Below are positions 12,218 through 25,029 of a stretch of DNA of 48,225 nucleotides, piece by piece. Numbering within the stretch: position 1 is the stretch's first letter; every line of letters begins with the position of its first letter. A program made the translations under genes and the position numbers. The notes beneath the pieces were generated by a model. The model saw nothing but the letters and a program-made list of their open reading frames with translations, was not told the DNA's origin and made no database searches. Source of the DNA: Asterionella formosa (lineage: Eukaryota); assembly GCA_002256025.1 (NCBI GenBank), contig NKIB01014023.1:1-48225 (forward strand). Direction: 5' to 3'.

Positions 12218-15043
12218 ATGCTCATCAGTGCCGCCACCGCGGCCATGAGGAATACCCGCAACCATAACGCGCGAGCCGAGGCTTCATTGATGGTGGCGTC
12301 GAATGCAGACTTTGACGGGCAGGAGAGCGTAGCAGCGGACAGTATAGCCGCTGACAGTGTCATAACAGTACGAACAAAAAATACCTGTCAAGGGGAAACT
12401 GCATCGCGCCCACTATTTGAGCTGGTGGAAAGGCAAGAATGGCGCCTCTGCATGCTGAAAATGCAAACAGAGCCTCACCAAGCCCGATTCCATGGTACAA
12501 TAAGCATTGCAGGGCAAATGACCCATGCTTATCCATTGCACTTGGCTGTGTCGAAGAAGCCACCGGTATGTAGTTTCATGTACAAGTTGCCTTGATCCCT
12601 GGGTGTATACAACTCGTTGCTCTCGTGATGGCTCACCTGTATTCTTTGACGCTTCACTGATTCTTCCATCTCGCAGACGCATCTGATTGATTGCCTCATT
12701 AAGGCCTTTCCTGATGCCCTTCGTGCGACAGACCAAAAGTATGGCCGCTTACCCCTGCACATTGCATGTATCCACACGGCATCTGCTCAGGTACTCAAAC
12801 GATTACTAGTTGGCTTTGAAGAAGCCACTCGGTTTGCAGATAAAGCGGAGGGAAGATTACCGGTTCATTATGCCTGTGTATACGGGAGTCCTTTTGAGAT
12901 TGCAGTGCTAGTCGAAGCAGAGGATCGTGCACTCATTTACAAGGACCTGTCTGGAAAGACACCCTTGGATTTGGCTCAAAATTCTAGTAATCCTCATCGG
13001 GACGCCATAATCCGAAGGTTAGAAGAGAATACTCAAAGAATGATTGATTCAGTGAGACAAAGACGCCGACAAAGTGGCACGGAAAATGCTCCGGGCGATA
13101 CAAGGCCCACTTTGTCCACAAATGGAACTTCGGAAAAAGACAAGAGGAAAAACTCCAAGCTCAAGCCGAGACAGGGAATAGCGGATGATTCGCTGTATGA
13201 AGATACTATGCCGAATCCTCCTCTAGACATGAAAAAAAGCGCCATAAAGCGCAGCATCAAAACTGAGCCATCAGTGGACCTTTCAAGTGCTGACCTGGAT
13301 CGTCCGCCACATACTAGTATTGGGGGGAAGACGAGTGATTCCACGCACAACAGAAAGAAGACTGAGATATCAGAGAATCAGTCAAAGGAAGAAACTGACC
13401 TGCAGGCACGTCCTGTTCTTGACGCAAATAAGACTGATGTAATTCGCAATAGCAAGAAGTCCCCGGTATCAGGTGAACCTGCTTTTGATGATGCTTCTAT
13501 TCCACCGCCTTCAGCCCTTGAACCAAAAAAGAGTTCTTCCAGGCGCAACCAGAAACCAGATATTGCAGAGGATCCGTCTGGAGATGATGCCAGTATGTCG
13601 ATTTCTGTCGTGGACAAGAAAAAGAATTCTTCTAGACGCAGCCAAAGGATGGGCCTATCAGAAGACCCATCCGTTAATGACACAACGGTGCCACCACAGC
13701 CTAATTTTGGTAGGAAAAATTTATTTTCAAGACGCAGTAAGACGCTATCAAAGGAGCGAGATCATGAGAAAGAACCCAGGCCGAAATTACCTGACAACGA
13801 TGTACGCAAGAACACGTTTAGTCGTACGTTATCAACCGATAGCAGTATTCGTCTTCGTGATAACGGGCTCAAACTGTTGACATCAAATGCTGAGGAGAAG
13901 GAGAAGCAGCAACGCAAGAACTTAAGTGAAGAAAAGAAACATTCACCTGATGATGCGGAAACAAAACAGTCCACGAAAAACGTGTCCATGCTGAATACCA
14001 GTGAAATTGTTCCGAATGAAGGTGCCGCGGCTACAAACGAAATCTCTCAGCCCGGACTTGAACGGTCGTGCACTGCACCTGTTAACACAAGCGACGGAAA
14101 TGTAAAGCTAAAATCCGAAAAACGGATTCTATCAAGCGTACCCACTTCTACGGATGGCCTTTCGGAATCTCACAGAGCAAGGCGTAGATCGAGTAAGAAA
14201 CAACTTTCCACTTCCAGCAGTAAGTCATTTCTGAAGTCTTCTCGAAAATTTTCTGAGCTATCCAATTCTCAGGCTGTGGAGCCATCGGCGTCGTCTGGGG
14301 CGCTAACCACTGACAATATTAGCCGCAATGAAACTTTACAAATACAGCCCACGAATAGTCATATTCTTGAACGATTTCTGAGGAAGAATGCCCCTAGCGA
14401 GTCTTCATCGGAGCATGAGTCAGATCAGAGATCTAAGGGTGCAGTCTCCCTTCCGGCTCATTTTCATTCGCAAAGAATGAATAGCGCCTTGCTCCGGGCA
14501 GGTGATCCGGACGACGAGTTTTTGGTTCAAGATCAGGTTCGTGCCATGAGCTTGGATGATGAGACTGGGAAGAACGAGTTCGACACAACCGTACAGGCAA
14601 TGGATGCTGCACAGGGGATTGCATCTATGGATGCGGATTTGTTCAAGTTAGAAGCACAGATTCGCAATTTAGACCTGAGAAAGGAAGCATTGTCGCACGA
14701 ATGCACACAAATCTACAAGTCGGTTGCCAACAAACAAGATGATGTTGACAAGAGTCGTGACAAAATTATATCTATTCAACGAAAGCTTGCGGACTATCAA
14801 GCTAAGTTAGAAAAGGAGCAAGCTAGTTTGGAGCTGGCGGTTTCAAGCATTGCGATCCAACGGGAGACGCTTGGGGAGCACGAGTCCAAGCTGGACATGG
14901 TGGAGAATGATCGCAAACTGTTGTGGACAAGGAAAGAGCATCTTCTGGAGGAACGCAGATCTAAAGTAAAGGCAAAGACTCCGATATCGACAAATATGGC
15001 CATTGCCTTGGAATCTCCAGGCTATCCAGTTTTTGACATCTAA
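12218..15043 (+). CDS. Ankyrin-like (LPLH repeat) protein with low-complexity middle and C-terminal coiled coil; 2 exons (12218..12565, 12677..15043), 904 aa
   Basis: A phase-0 GTATGT...TCGCAG intron (12566..12676) joins the two ORFs in frame. Repeats YPLHLAV, GRLPLHIAC, GRLPVHYAC and GKTPLDLA are present. Confidence 0.85.
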
Positions 15044-16203
15044 ATGTTTTGTGCCCTTGGCATGTTAACTTGAAGTCACAAATTATTGTTGAGTTCCAGC
15101 ATTTTTTTTAATTTTTTTTGTCAAGCAAACCATGGATATTTATTGCTTGTTTATCTATATTGCTGTGCAATAAATTATATAATACAGCACTCAGCGACCA
15201 TCATCCCGATTCAATCTCGTTGCAATGACAAATAACCCATCACAGAGGAAGCAACATGATGAAACAGATGATGACAATAACAACACTCCAAACAAATTCT
15301 TTCCGGACAACAAAACCGTAAATGTTTTGCCTCTTGTCATGGGCATAATATGTGTCCCCGCCACTATCACTCAATGTATTCAGGACAAACAAGCACCAGC
15401 ACTTATAATCTATTGCAAGATACGATTCGAAACGTAACAGTCTGGGGTGGGCAATTCAAGAACTAGTGGATATTATGGAAAAAACGATGAAGGGCCCGCT
15501 GCCAAATATTAACTGCAATGCATAACACCCTTTGCAATTGCGATATGAAACCTCGGAACCATACAGAGTCAGGGTGGAATTGGAATTCCAACCCTCCATT
15601 CCAGACGTTGGACATTCCGCGTTTAATTTGGTAGTTTCATTGTCGAATTCGCCCAGTCCGCATTGTTTGCCAAATGCCATATATCTTTTTTTGGAAGTGT
15701 GCCGTTGGGACTACAAATATTCCTTTCCTGGAATCGCTCCACTTGCAACATTTGCAATGACAAAGGAGAGGTTCTATCATTGGCGATTCAAGAATATAGT
15801 AGCAAACTTACTCATGCTGAATGGATCTTGGGGAATACAGAAAGGACTTTGGGGCAAGATTGGTATGTTAGCATTATGAACAATACAGAAGATCACTGAC
15901 CATGGTCACAACAGGTTCGAATTCGTACGAAAAAAGGGAAGGATGACCACGTCAGGGATAGATTTTTGGACGACGAAAATCTTCATGTCAAGATTCAAAA
16001 GATGGTAACCATGATTCTGGTAGAGTATGGTGAATACTTGCAATGGAAAAACGCCGTGACGGAAGAACGATTGGGAGCAGGAAGACCAAAGATATACTTT
16101 TGAAAGACACGCAACTGGGCCAGGATGAAACGAACATAATTGTATGCATCTGACCTTTAATAGCACAACATGGCTACATTGTTTGACTCCAGCTGACTTT
16201 ACA

Positions 16204-18729
16204 CTAGAAATCGATTTGGATCCGCTCTCCTGTTTGCGCGCTTCCGCTTCCGATCGTACAAAGCCCGTTGTCACAGGCGCCGGTGTACTCATAAATCATT
16301 CCAATCACGCTTGTCGCAGGATACTCGTCCTTCAAACTAGTTACAAAGGCATCACACACTGATGGATCGACAAAGAACAAGAGACCGCCTGCTGTTTGAG
16401 GATCAAATAGAAGTGGATATTTTATAGGACAGGCTGTGGCCGTATCCAAATGATTCATAATAGCGCGTCGATTGCGAGCGTTGCTGGGTTGGAGGGAAGA
16501 ATAAATTTGTAGTGATGAAGCTTCCAAACCACCTTGGAGAAATGGTATGGTTCGGAGATTTAATCTTGCGCCAATGGATTCGTCATTATTGGCCATGAGC
16601 ATTTCCAACAAGTGTCCGACGAGTCCAAAGCCAGTGACGTCAGTGCACGCATGAATTCCACCAATTTCTAGAGCAATCCGACTAGCGCCACCATTTGATT
16701 GCACCATAGTCTGGAGTGCTTCCACAACATGTGCCCCTTTGCACTTGGCTCTCATGTCAGCAGCAAACAGGGCACCTGTACCAATGGCTTTGGTAATAAC
16801 AATCTTATCTCCTGGCTTACCTCCCTTTTTTCGCAAAAGTTGATCTGGAACTTCAGTAAACCCTTGTATCGCAAACCCACATGCTAATTCGGACCCTTCA
16901 CAAGTGTGTCCGCCAATCAGTTGCACATTTTCCTCTTGCAAGATATCGCTAGCACCGGCAAGTACGTCCAAGAGAGTCGCTTCCGTCATGTCTTCATCGG
17001 CACAAAACGGCACCACTGCCAATGCTAGAGCTGTCTGAGCTGTGGCTCCCATTGCATGTACATCACTTAGAGCATGAACGGCAGCAACCTTGCCAAAAAG
17101 AAATGGATCAGAAACAAATGAGCGGAAGTAGTCAATGGTGTGAACCATGGCGCCCGGGGTAGGCAGGAGGACAATCGCGGCGTCGTCGTGATCTATAGCT
17201 GGGATCGGAAGTTGTTCTAATGAATCCCGTTGCGTCTGTCGTTCGTGAATGGCTCTCAAGACTCTTGCAACAGTTGTGGCGCCTACCTTGGCACCACATC
17301 CACCACAGCGCATGGTTTCCGCATTAAAGGCTGCAACAACGTCTCTACCTTTGGATAGACCAAGATTGGGTATGGTGTGTTGGTATCTATGGGGGAACTT
17401 CATCTTGGCCATCATTTGCTCTAAATCTGGCAAGTCGCTGGAATATTTTTTCATCCATTTTCGATCAATATAATCCTTCCACGTCCATACCCACTTCCCC
17501 TCCGTAGCAAACCAATTTCCTTTTGATGCAATGGCATATTCGTTTCCGGTCGAAATAAGTCCAAGTATCTGTGTTTGTGGATAGTGTGGTGCTAGGGCTT
17601 GGCGAGTTATGAATCGCAACAAATTGTCAGTCAAGGGTGGTCCTGCTCTCACGGCGAAGACTCCCGCTTTTGGCCGTGGATGGTCAACCATGTGACAACA
17701 GTCTCCTACTGCAAACACTCCAGGGTTTTGGATACATTCGTAGGTTGATGAAACAAGTAGAAATCCATCTGGTGTGGTTGCGAAGGGGGTATGGTCCATC
17801 ATCCAGGCAGGCGCTCCTGCAGAGGTGCACCAGAGACATTCATCGAAGACAATATCTGGTTGGGATTTGGACGTTTCAGACAAAACCAATTTCTTTTTCC
17901 TGGATGCATGATAATGATGCTGGCTTGTTTGTTCATCAGTAATACCGTTAGTAACTGGTAATGGTACTACTTGGACCCCTTCGGCTTGATATTTGACACA
18001 AATGTTTCGTTCTGTTAAAATGCGTGTCAAGATTCGCCTAACTCCATGATTGTGGTTCGGTACTAAAACGGCACCTCGTGTGGCTATGGAAACTTGGATA
18101 GCATCGTGCGCCACCTGTCGTTGGCTGCAAATCGCCCAAAGTTTGACCTGTACGGACAGCGCCAATTCCACCCCTCCAGCTCCCCCGCCCACAACAATCA
18201 ATTGAAAGGGATACTCGGGAGTATACTTGCGACCGATATGGAGCGAGAGTCTCTGCAACATAGCTTCGTATTGTCGAGCAAAGTGAGCAATGGGCTTGAC
18301 CGGCACGACATATTCCAATGGAAGACCGGAGGGTGCAGATCCAATATCAATGGAAAGAGCATCGTATCTGACGGGTGGTCTTCCATCATCGGTACTTACA
18401 TGTCCGCCACCGCCACCATTGTCGTTGTAAGTGATCTTTGTGGCCGCCGCATGAATTAATCGTACATTGCTAAACCTACACAGCTTGACCAAGTCTAAAT
18501 GAATGTCGTCAAAGTGATATTGTCCCGCGCAATATCCAGGCAACATTCCGCTGTAGGGAGTGTGAACATCTCGACAAATGAGTGTCACTTGAAGCCCTTG
18601 GGTGTATACAAATTTACGACCAGTCGGCATGCCCAGCATTTTCAAGACGTGAACATGGGCGTGACCTCCGCCAATGAGAACGAGATCAGACACGAGGGGT
18701 GCTGGTGCGTTATTGATGTTGTTGTTCAT
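16204..18729 (-). CDS. selD: Selenide, water dikinase (selenophosphate synthetase) fused to an N-terminal FAD/NAD pyridine-nucleotide oxidoreductase domain
   Basis: Rossmann motifs LIGGGHAH and VVGGGAGG; FAVGDC..RPKAGVFAVR; SelD motifs MRCGGCGAKV, DDAA, ALSDVHAMG, GGHT, TDVTGFGLVGH, DPQTAGGLL. The active-site residue is Cys, with no TGA. Confidence 0.95.
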   Translation of the reverse strand: MNNNINNAPAPLVSDLVLIGGGHAHVHVLKMLGMPTGRKFVYTQGLQVTLICRDVHTPYSGMLPGYCAGQYHFDDIHLDLVKLCRFSNVRLIHAAATKITYNDNGGGGGHVSTDDGRPPVRYDALSIDIGSAPSGLPLEYVVPVKPIAHFARQYEAMLQRLSLHIGRKYTPEYPFQLIVVGGGAGGVELALSVQVKLWAICSQRQVAHDAIQVSIATRGAVLVPNHNHGVRRILTRILTERNICVKYQAEGVQVVPLPVTNGITDEQTSQHHYHASRKKKLVLSETSKSQPDIVFDECLWCTSAGAPAWMMDHTPFATTPDGFLLVSSTYECIQNPGVFAVGDCCHMVDHPRPKAGVFAVRAGPPLTDNLLRFITRQALAPHYPQTQILGLISTGNEYAIASKGNWFATEGKWVWTWKDYIDRKWMKKYSSDLPDLEQMMAKMKFPHRYQHTIPNLGLSKGRDVVAAFNAETMRCGGCGAKVGATTVARVLRAIHERQTQRDSLEQLPIPAIDHDDAAIVLLPTPGAMVHTIDYFRSFVSDPFLFGKVAAVHALSDVHAMGATAQTALALAVVPFCADEDMTEATLLDVLAGASDILQEENVQLIGGHTCEGSELACGFAIQGFTEVPDQLLRKKGGKPGDKIVITKAIGTGALFAADMRAKCKGAHVVEALQTMVQSNGGASRIALEIGGIHACTDVTGFGLVGHLLEMLMANNDESIGARLNLRTIPFLQGGLEASSLQIYSSLQPSNARNRRAIMNHLDTATACPIKYPLLFDPQTAGGLLFFVDPSVCDAFVTSLKDEYPATSVIGMIYEYTGACDNGLCTIGSGSAQTGERIQIDF

Positions 18730-19393
18730 CCTGATGTTTGAAGTTATGTTGTTGCTGTTTCTGCTGTTGCTGCTGATGTTGCTGTTGTTGAATAATGGCA
18801 GTTCATGCCGCTAATGTGGGTATTTGGGGGTATACTTAGTGGAGCAATGGACTGGGTGGTCCATTGTGTAAAATGTTTCTTGACTGTGGTAAAATATAGC
18901 AGCAGTGGTGCGTGCCCCCGGTGTTGGGTTTAATATACCGGTACTCATTTACGTATACTGTACCTATTTATTGTGAATACCACGTATACCGGCATACTAG
19001 AACAAGAAATATTTCTTCGTACTGGAGTACCGGGTGCTCACTATGAACAAGTCCCGCATCATCCATCATACGTATGATTATACATACATATACCGGTATA
19101 CGGCATATTTGTTGCCATCCTGATGATCATTACCCCGTGCAATTGTCGGAATGCACTGGTGTGCTCACAATGTCATCAAATCAGATTTTAACGATCCCCC
19201 ATCATCATTGTATGATATATTGTGCTAAGAAGTAGTCCTCCTTGTTCTATTGATTTCGCTAAGCATCAAAACAATAAGCTTCATTCATTTTGTCTGCGTC
19301 ACTGAAAACGATTTGTCGATTGCATCATTTATTCATTCATTTGAATACTTTTCGTTGGTGTGAATTCTGAATCCATCCACCACTGTTACCACC

Positions 19394-20515
19394 ATGACAC
19401 TTGTACCTGTTCCTGCTTCCACCACTAGTGCCATGGCAATCCTTGAAAAGTACGCAGCTCTTAATCGATTTATGGATGAGGCAAGACAGGAGACACTTGA
19501 CATTCACGATCGCATGGACGATACCAAGACACAAATAGAAGACTTAATCCATCTTGTCAGAGACAACATGAATCATGAAATGCAACAAGCGCAACTCGAC
19601 AAACAACGTCTATGTCAGGAATGTCAAGTTGCTCGTGCCAATCACAAATCTCTCAAAGATGATCCACCAAAATCATCGCTGTATGACACGCTTCCTCGAA
19701 TGATCCGAGAGCATCGTCTGGAATTTATAGATCAGAGCAAACAGTTTCGACGCACATTACAGAGACTGCGCTTGACGGCGTCGGATCTTGGATTGGACAT
19801 GGCAGCATCACAGTCTTGGTTGGAGATAAATGGATTATCTGTAGAGGAAGAGGTGTATGGAAATGAACAAGCTGAGGATGATCAAGACGATGTAGCGACA
19901 GAGCTCTTGGAAGCAGAGTGGCACCAAGAGGCCGTGGGACGACTCGTGGAGGACTCGAAAAGCCATGGAACACATAATAAGAACGATGATGATGATGTAG
20001 AGATGGAGCAAGCCTTGGAGGCATATCAACATTCTTGGATAAAAAGAGCCACTACGGCGACTACATTCCAAACTATGGACCTGGAGCACGAGAAAGCACA
20101 AGAACGCCGAAGAGGTCGTCATACTCGTCAAGATCAGCTAAGGGTACAGCTCGAACGGATTTGTCGAGACACAGCTACATTGGAGGAACGCCTTCTGGAA
20201 CTTCAACATGATACACGAATGGTAAAAGGTATGGAGGTGGGCTTTCGTCAACGAATCGAACAGGACGGTGCCCGGCGACCCAAGAATCCGTATAGTAGTA
20301 CTCACGCACCAGCCCCGACCACCACCATCCGTCCAGATCCAATTTCGGATGATCGCCAGCATCCTCATTTGGTGCAACGACATCGACGCTATGCAGATCG
20401 TCAGTTCCAAACCTCCGTGGGCGTCGTCGTGGATAGGGCCAGGGGCGTGGACGACAGCGATGACGAAGTAGGGGCAGATGATGATATCCTATCCTTTACG
20501 CCATTTCGAAAATAG
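19394..20515 (+). CDS. Hypothetical coiled-coil protein, 373 aa
   Basis: Long uninterrupted ORF with gene-like composition, divergent from selD. No recognisable domain. Confidence 0.75.
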   Translation: MTLVPVPASTTSAMAILEKYAALNRFMDEARQETLDIHDRMDDTKTQIEDLIHLVRDNMNHEMQQAQLDKQRLCQECQVARANHKSLKDDPPKSSLYDTLPRMIREHRLEFIDQSKQFRRTLQRLRLTASDLGLDMAASQSWLEINGLSVEEEVYGNEQAEDDQDDVATELLEAEWHQEAVGRLVEDSKSHGTHNKNDDDDVEMEQALEAYQHSWIKRATTATTFQTMDLEHEKAQERRRGRHTRQDQLRVQLERICRDTATLEERLLELQHDTRMVKGMEVGFRQRIEQDGARRPKNPYSSTHAPAPTTTIRPDPISDDRQHPHLVQRHRRYADRQFQTSVGVVVDRARGVDDSDDEVGADDDILSFTPFRK

Positions 20516-21043
20516 AAGCATCACATCAATGGGGTTGTCATGCTTTCACGAAGGTTCCAACTTGTAGATGGACTTCTTCCCAGTGCCTAAATCTTGCAAC
20601 GAGAATTAGATGTGCTCAAGATGATATGTATGTGATGGAAACGTTGTTGCATATTCTACTCCGCCAAAATTGTGCACCATCGCATGTCAGTACCGGTATA
20701 TGATTTTGTATATTCGATACAATGATGATACGAGCAGAAAATATATACGTAATAAATGTTATCAAGGCCATGAGAATATACGCGACGCTTGACTTCATAA
20801 AATCTGTAATTCTTGCAAAATGTGCTTGACTATTCCAGGCAGATATGGAATAAAGAGCGCGCAGAAACCCTTTATTACTCACCCATCCCACTTCGTATGT
20901 TGCCACCACAGTGATATCCTTCTTCTGTTCACATCTATACATAACTTTCTCTATTCTTGTTGCTCGAGCATTCACATGGCCTAGTACATGTATCCAACAG
21001 TCCTGTGTGTGTACTTTTTCAAGTCACTGGGATTTTTCTCATT

Positions 21044-21376
21044 TTAACTAGTTGAACGGTGTCGTGACCGGCCACGCCGTTTTGTTGACTTGTTGCCCAG
21101 CAGCAGTGATGATAGCGACGTCATACCATCACTGCTATCCGATGACACATACGTTCGGCTGCTTGGATGATGAACCACAACTACTGATTCCACTTCGGTC
21201 CAACCACTAATGATGGTATTATCATCTCCATCGTAATCCACCTCAATAGTCGCAAATGATGATTTGGGACTAGGACGATTCTTCCATTGCAATACATCTC
21301 GTGCTATTTGAAAAGATTCACGCGCTGAATCGAACAAGTCTGCAGTACAGGAAAAGGCGGAAACGGTATACTCCAT
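21044..21376 (-). CDS. Small hypothetical protein, 110 aa
   Basis: ATG-initiated ORF, Ser/Asp-rich with a basic tail, in CpG-retaining DNA. No domain recognised. Confidence 0.4.
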   Translation of the reverse strand: MEYTVSAFSCTADLFDSARESFQIARDVLQWKNRPSPKSSFATIEVDYDGDDNTIISGWTEVESVVVVHHPSSRTYVSSDSSDGMTSLSSLLLGNKSTKRRGRSRHRSTS

Positions 21377-23027
21377 AATATAGGGAGACGTTTGTTTTGT
21401 GTCCGAGTATTAGTTTGCGCTCTAGTCGGCTACTTTGGCCTTTTTTTAAAGACGTCGTCGTGTCGTTTCGAATGTATCTCCTCTTTTTTGTGTTTGTGTT
21501 GCAATTATTGGGACGCATGCGCGGATGCAGACAACTCAATAGAATCAACTTTGTACCGGTGGTACTGGTATGGACACACACATGTAACTGGTAACCTGGT
21601 AACAGGATACCTTTTACTTCTACTGGTACCTGGTACCTGGTTCCCTGGAAGCTGAAAGTGTAGGGAGATGAGCATCCTTTGAATGGCATATAATATATAT
21701 AAATAGCTATTTGACTATAATTCACGCAAATCAGGAAATGTTAATGCAATTAAACTCCTGAATTCAAATTTAAATGTATAAACAAAAGTATTCAAATATG
21801 TAGTAAAACAATTCAGATCAAAGTTTCACTTCCCGCCGAAAGTAAATAACGGTGGAACATTGCAAAGTCAGCATGGTCAATCAGAATGCTACTTACTACA
21901 TAGCGGTACCGCGGCATGTGAGGAATCTGTTTGACGTTCTCGGAGTACGTAGAATGCCATTGTCAGCCATCGTCACGGAAATGCTGTGTCTTACTACCAG
22001 GTACCAGGTACTAAAACGTAGTCGGAGTGCCAGAGCATACTTTTCTTACTACCGCTATTTATTAAGGTTCCAACATCTGAACCCCTAGGCTAAAATTAAA
22101 TATTGCTTAGGGTTGCCGAAATTCCCTGGAAGTAAGAATTTTTATGAGCTATTCTTGAATGACATGATTCCATTTGAAATATTCAAATCAGTTGAAATTT
22201 GCGCGCACGTGCATAGATTCCTTTTCGAATCGACTAAATATATGACGGTATATAGATAAACCGGTAGATGGTTGATGTGTAGACGTATATATATACACTC
22301 TATTCACCGATCAACGATCATGTGTCACACGACCCGGCGGATCGGCAAACATTTGAAAGTGTACTCTAGCTCGGAGTGGTACGCGTATGTCCAACGATGA
22401 TCATCAACCAGTACCAGATCACCCAAGAAGATTTTACTTGTGTATCCAGTGTGGCCGGTGTGGGTTTGCAAGCCCTCGCAAACCGGGTCAATCAAACGGA
22501 GTACCGGTACCGGTAAAGTAATTCGCAATTCCGGTACCGTAGGCAATCAGTATATAATACTTTGCACTTAATATAGAATTTTTGGTACAGGAAATATTGC
22601 TAGTAAATATTGCATCACAAAACTCTGATTCGGATGATGACGTTTCGGCACTAAGTGATTCTGATTCCGATATTTTGGAGACGGGTGAAAAGGCTGATAT
22701 TGTTAATTTTTTGGACAGCGATTGCTCAACTTTGGCTGGGTCTGAAGGCAATTTAGATACATAGGTAACCTTCAAATAGGCATCAGAATATAACTTCTGG
22801 TCAGAAATTGAAGAAAGGAACTTGTGTTTTTACTATGCCAAATAAAGTGATTTCCCCCGAAATTTCTATTCTTTGTAGCACAGTAAAAAACCGAAGTTCC
22901 TTTCTGCAGTTTCTTGCCAGATCCTATATACTGACATTATATAGAGTTGACCTATACCCCTACTTTGATCAATGACTGTATCTAGTAAGTGTATGGAAAG
23001 GGTGTACATTGGTGAAAGCTCAATTTA

Positions 23028-24720
23028 GAGCATCTCCACTGGCTGCATCAACCAAATACCAAAGCCAATTGCAGTTGAAACTATCAAAACACGTCATTTG
23101 ATCGAGGATTTTTTCATCAATAGTCGAATTTTTCATATTTTTCCCACCGCATTGACCAAATCCTAAAATAGTCAAATCTCGCACCCAAATTTTTAGCAAA
23201 TAGGAATAGAACTAGAGTGTACTAAATACATGTGTATCGTAAAATGATGTCTTACCATTTTAATTGACATGTTGGGTGTACTTCACATTTTCACATGATG
23301 ATGAAGGAAAGGGCGGCAATAGCGGCCGACTCATTGAATGATGACCTCTTCTACCGCTTTGGTAAATTGAGGCAAGAAAACGAGAAGAAAAAGCAGTTGA
23401 GACATAGGGGAGGAGCATCATGAAAGGTGGGAAAGTCGGCAAATGTAGTTTTTAAATTTTCTTAGCATCCGCCTTTCCTGTGAATTCCTCATTCTTACGC
23501 AGCTAGTAGTACTACGGCAATCTAGTGCTGCCCATCAAAAAATACCAAGACTATGCATTTGTTTATTATTCTTTTAGAATTGGATAAACTCTCTTCTGTT
23601 TTCCTAATTTGGTTTAAGCTAGGGAGATAGCTTAAAAATTGCTCATACTAGCATTGATAAATTAACTATATTAATTTACACGCTTTTCAATAGATTACAC
23701 AACAACATTGAACAAGGTGCAAGCAATCATAACAAACAGCCCCACAAACGGAAAAGTGCTGCAAATGAAAACAATGGTGTCATGGTACAAACAAATTGGC
23801 GGTACTCCATTACCAGCAACAAAACAACTGCTACTTACTACCAGGTATGTTGAAACAATGGGACATGGCGATGCAGTCCCAGTTGCCAGAAATATAAACA
23901 GCCTCAGCTGAAGAGGATGACAAGGATGAAGCTGTAGTGATGGAAGAGTGCTTTATAAGTTCACACAATAAATCGATATGAAAAATGAGGTAATATTTTT
24001 TAACTGTTTACAATTTAATATTGAAACTCTCATATAATCATGCGCTTTTTGAGACAACGGAGTTACAAGTGGAGTTGAGTTTCATAGCATGGCCTGCTGA
24101 CAAGACCATGTGCATGCTTCCCTAGTTTTGTTAGCACAGGTGAGTCCCCAACCATCTTTTGCGAACAAGGGTGATTGTCTTAGCCGCAGCGCAGCATTAG
24201 GGGAAACTCCGACTAGGAAGGCGGCATGCTGCTCGTAGTAGGGGGTTGACCAACTTTTCCTTGCACACCAGGCAAGACTGCGCAGGACGGTGAGGAGGAG
24301 TGTGGGAGTTGAACGCAACAATTACTTCCCAAAAAATGCGGGAATCGAATCAAACAACTTCAGATCAAAGGTAACGTGCCCAATCAAGTGAGTCATTCCC
24401 CCATTCACCATTAAATACTACTAGTATATGCATGATGAAAAATACATGAATGGCACAAGACCATTAAATGCAAAATGAATGACTTTCAAATGTGGAAATC
24501 ATAACATAATAAACTTAACATTGTTAAAATGATTCAACCAGCTAGTACTTGCTTGTATTAGTTGACATCTACTCAAAGGGTTTTAATTGGGGTCAGCTGA
24601 ATATTTATCTACTGTTAGTCTCAAAATGGGATAATATAATAGTGGTTTTTAGAAGATTTGACTGTTAGTTGTATGTTCCAATCAACACTTTCACAACCAG
24701 TTGGACATGGGACCACTCTT
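23028..24720. mobile_element. Possible decayed non-autonomous DNA transposon
   Basis: TTA|GAGCATCTCCACTGG resembles a PIF/Tourist-type terminus. A degenerate counterpart lies near 24697..24719. Internal fragment MKTMVSWYKQIGGTPLPATKQLLLTTRY (23708..23911) resembles a transposase C-terminus. Confidence 0.3.
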
Positions 24721-25029
24721 GTAATGCTTAATTGTGAACATGCATACTATTGGAATATTGTGCTGGTTTTCCATGCATGCAATTTAATACTTCCTTGCCT
24801 CCTAATGGCATTCATTTGGACCTTTCAATCTGTTCTGTTGTCTCCCACAGGCTCCCACAGGGAGTGGCTCAGCCAGGTTTTTCAGAATTTGTATAAATCT
24901 TGGGATGATAGCAAAGGTGTCTCATTTTCATTGCTTGGGAGAAACTCCGAAAACCAAGGCTTGTATGATGTAATGAAAATCAGTGATGCCTGTAGCTAGG
25001 GAAGTACAAGCAGAGTGTAAGGTAGTAAT

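Noticed and set aside
15225..16140. Cluster of short ORFs between the ankyrin gene and selD
   Set aside because: No recognisable motif or consistent frame. It may be a pseudogene, but that cannot be supported.
17290..17315. Selenocysteine in SelD
   Set aside because: The motif reads MRCGGCGAK with Cys codons and there is no in-frame TGA.
13033..18887. Numerous antisense and alternate-frame ORFs within the long genes
   Set aside because: Shadow ORFs with no independent evidence.
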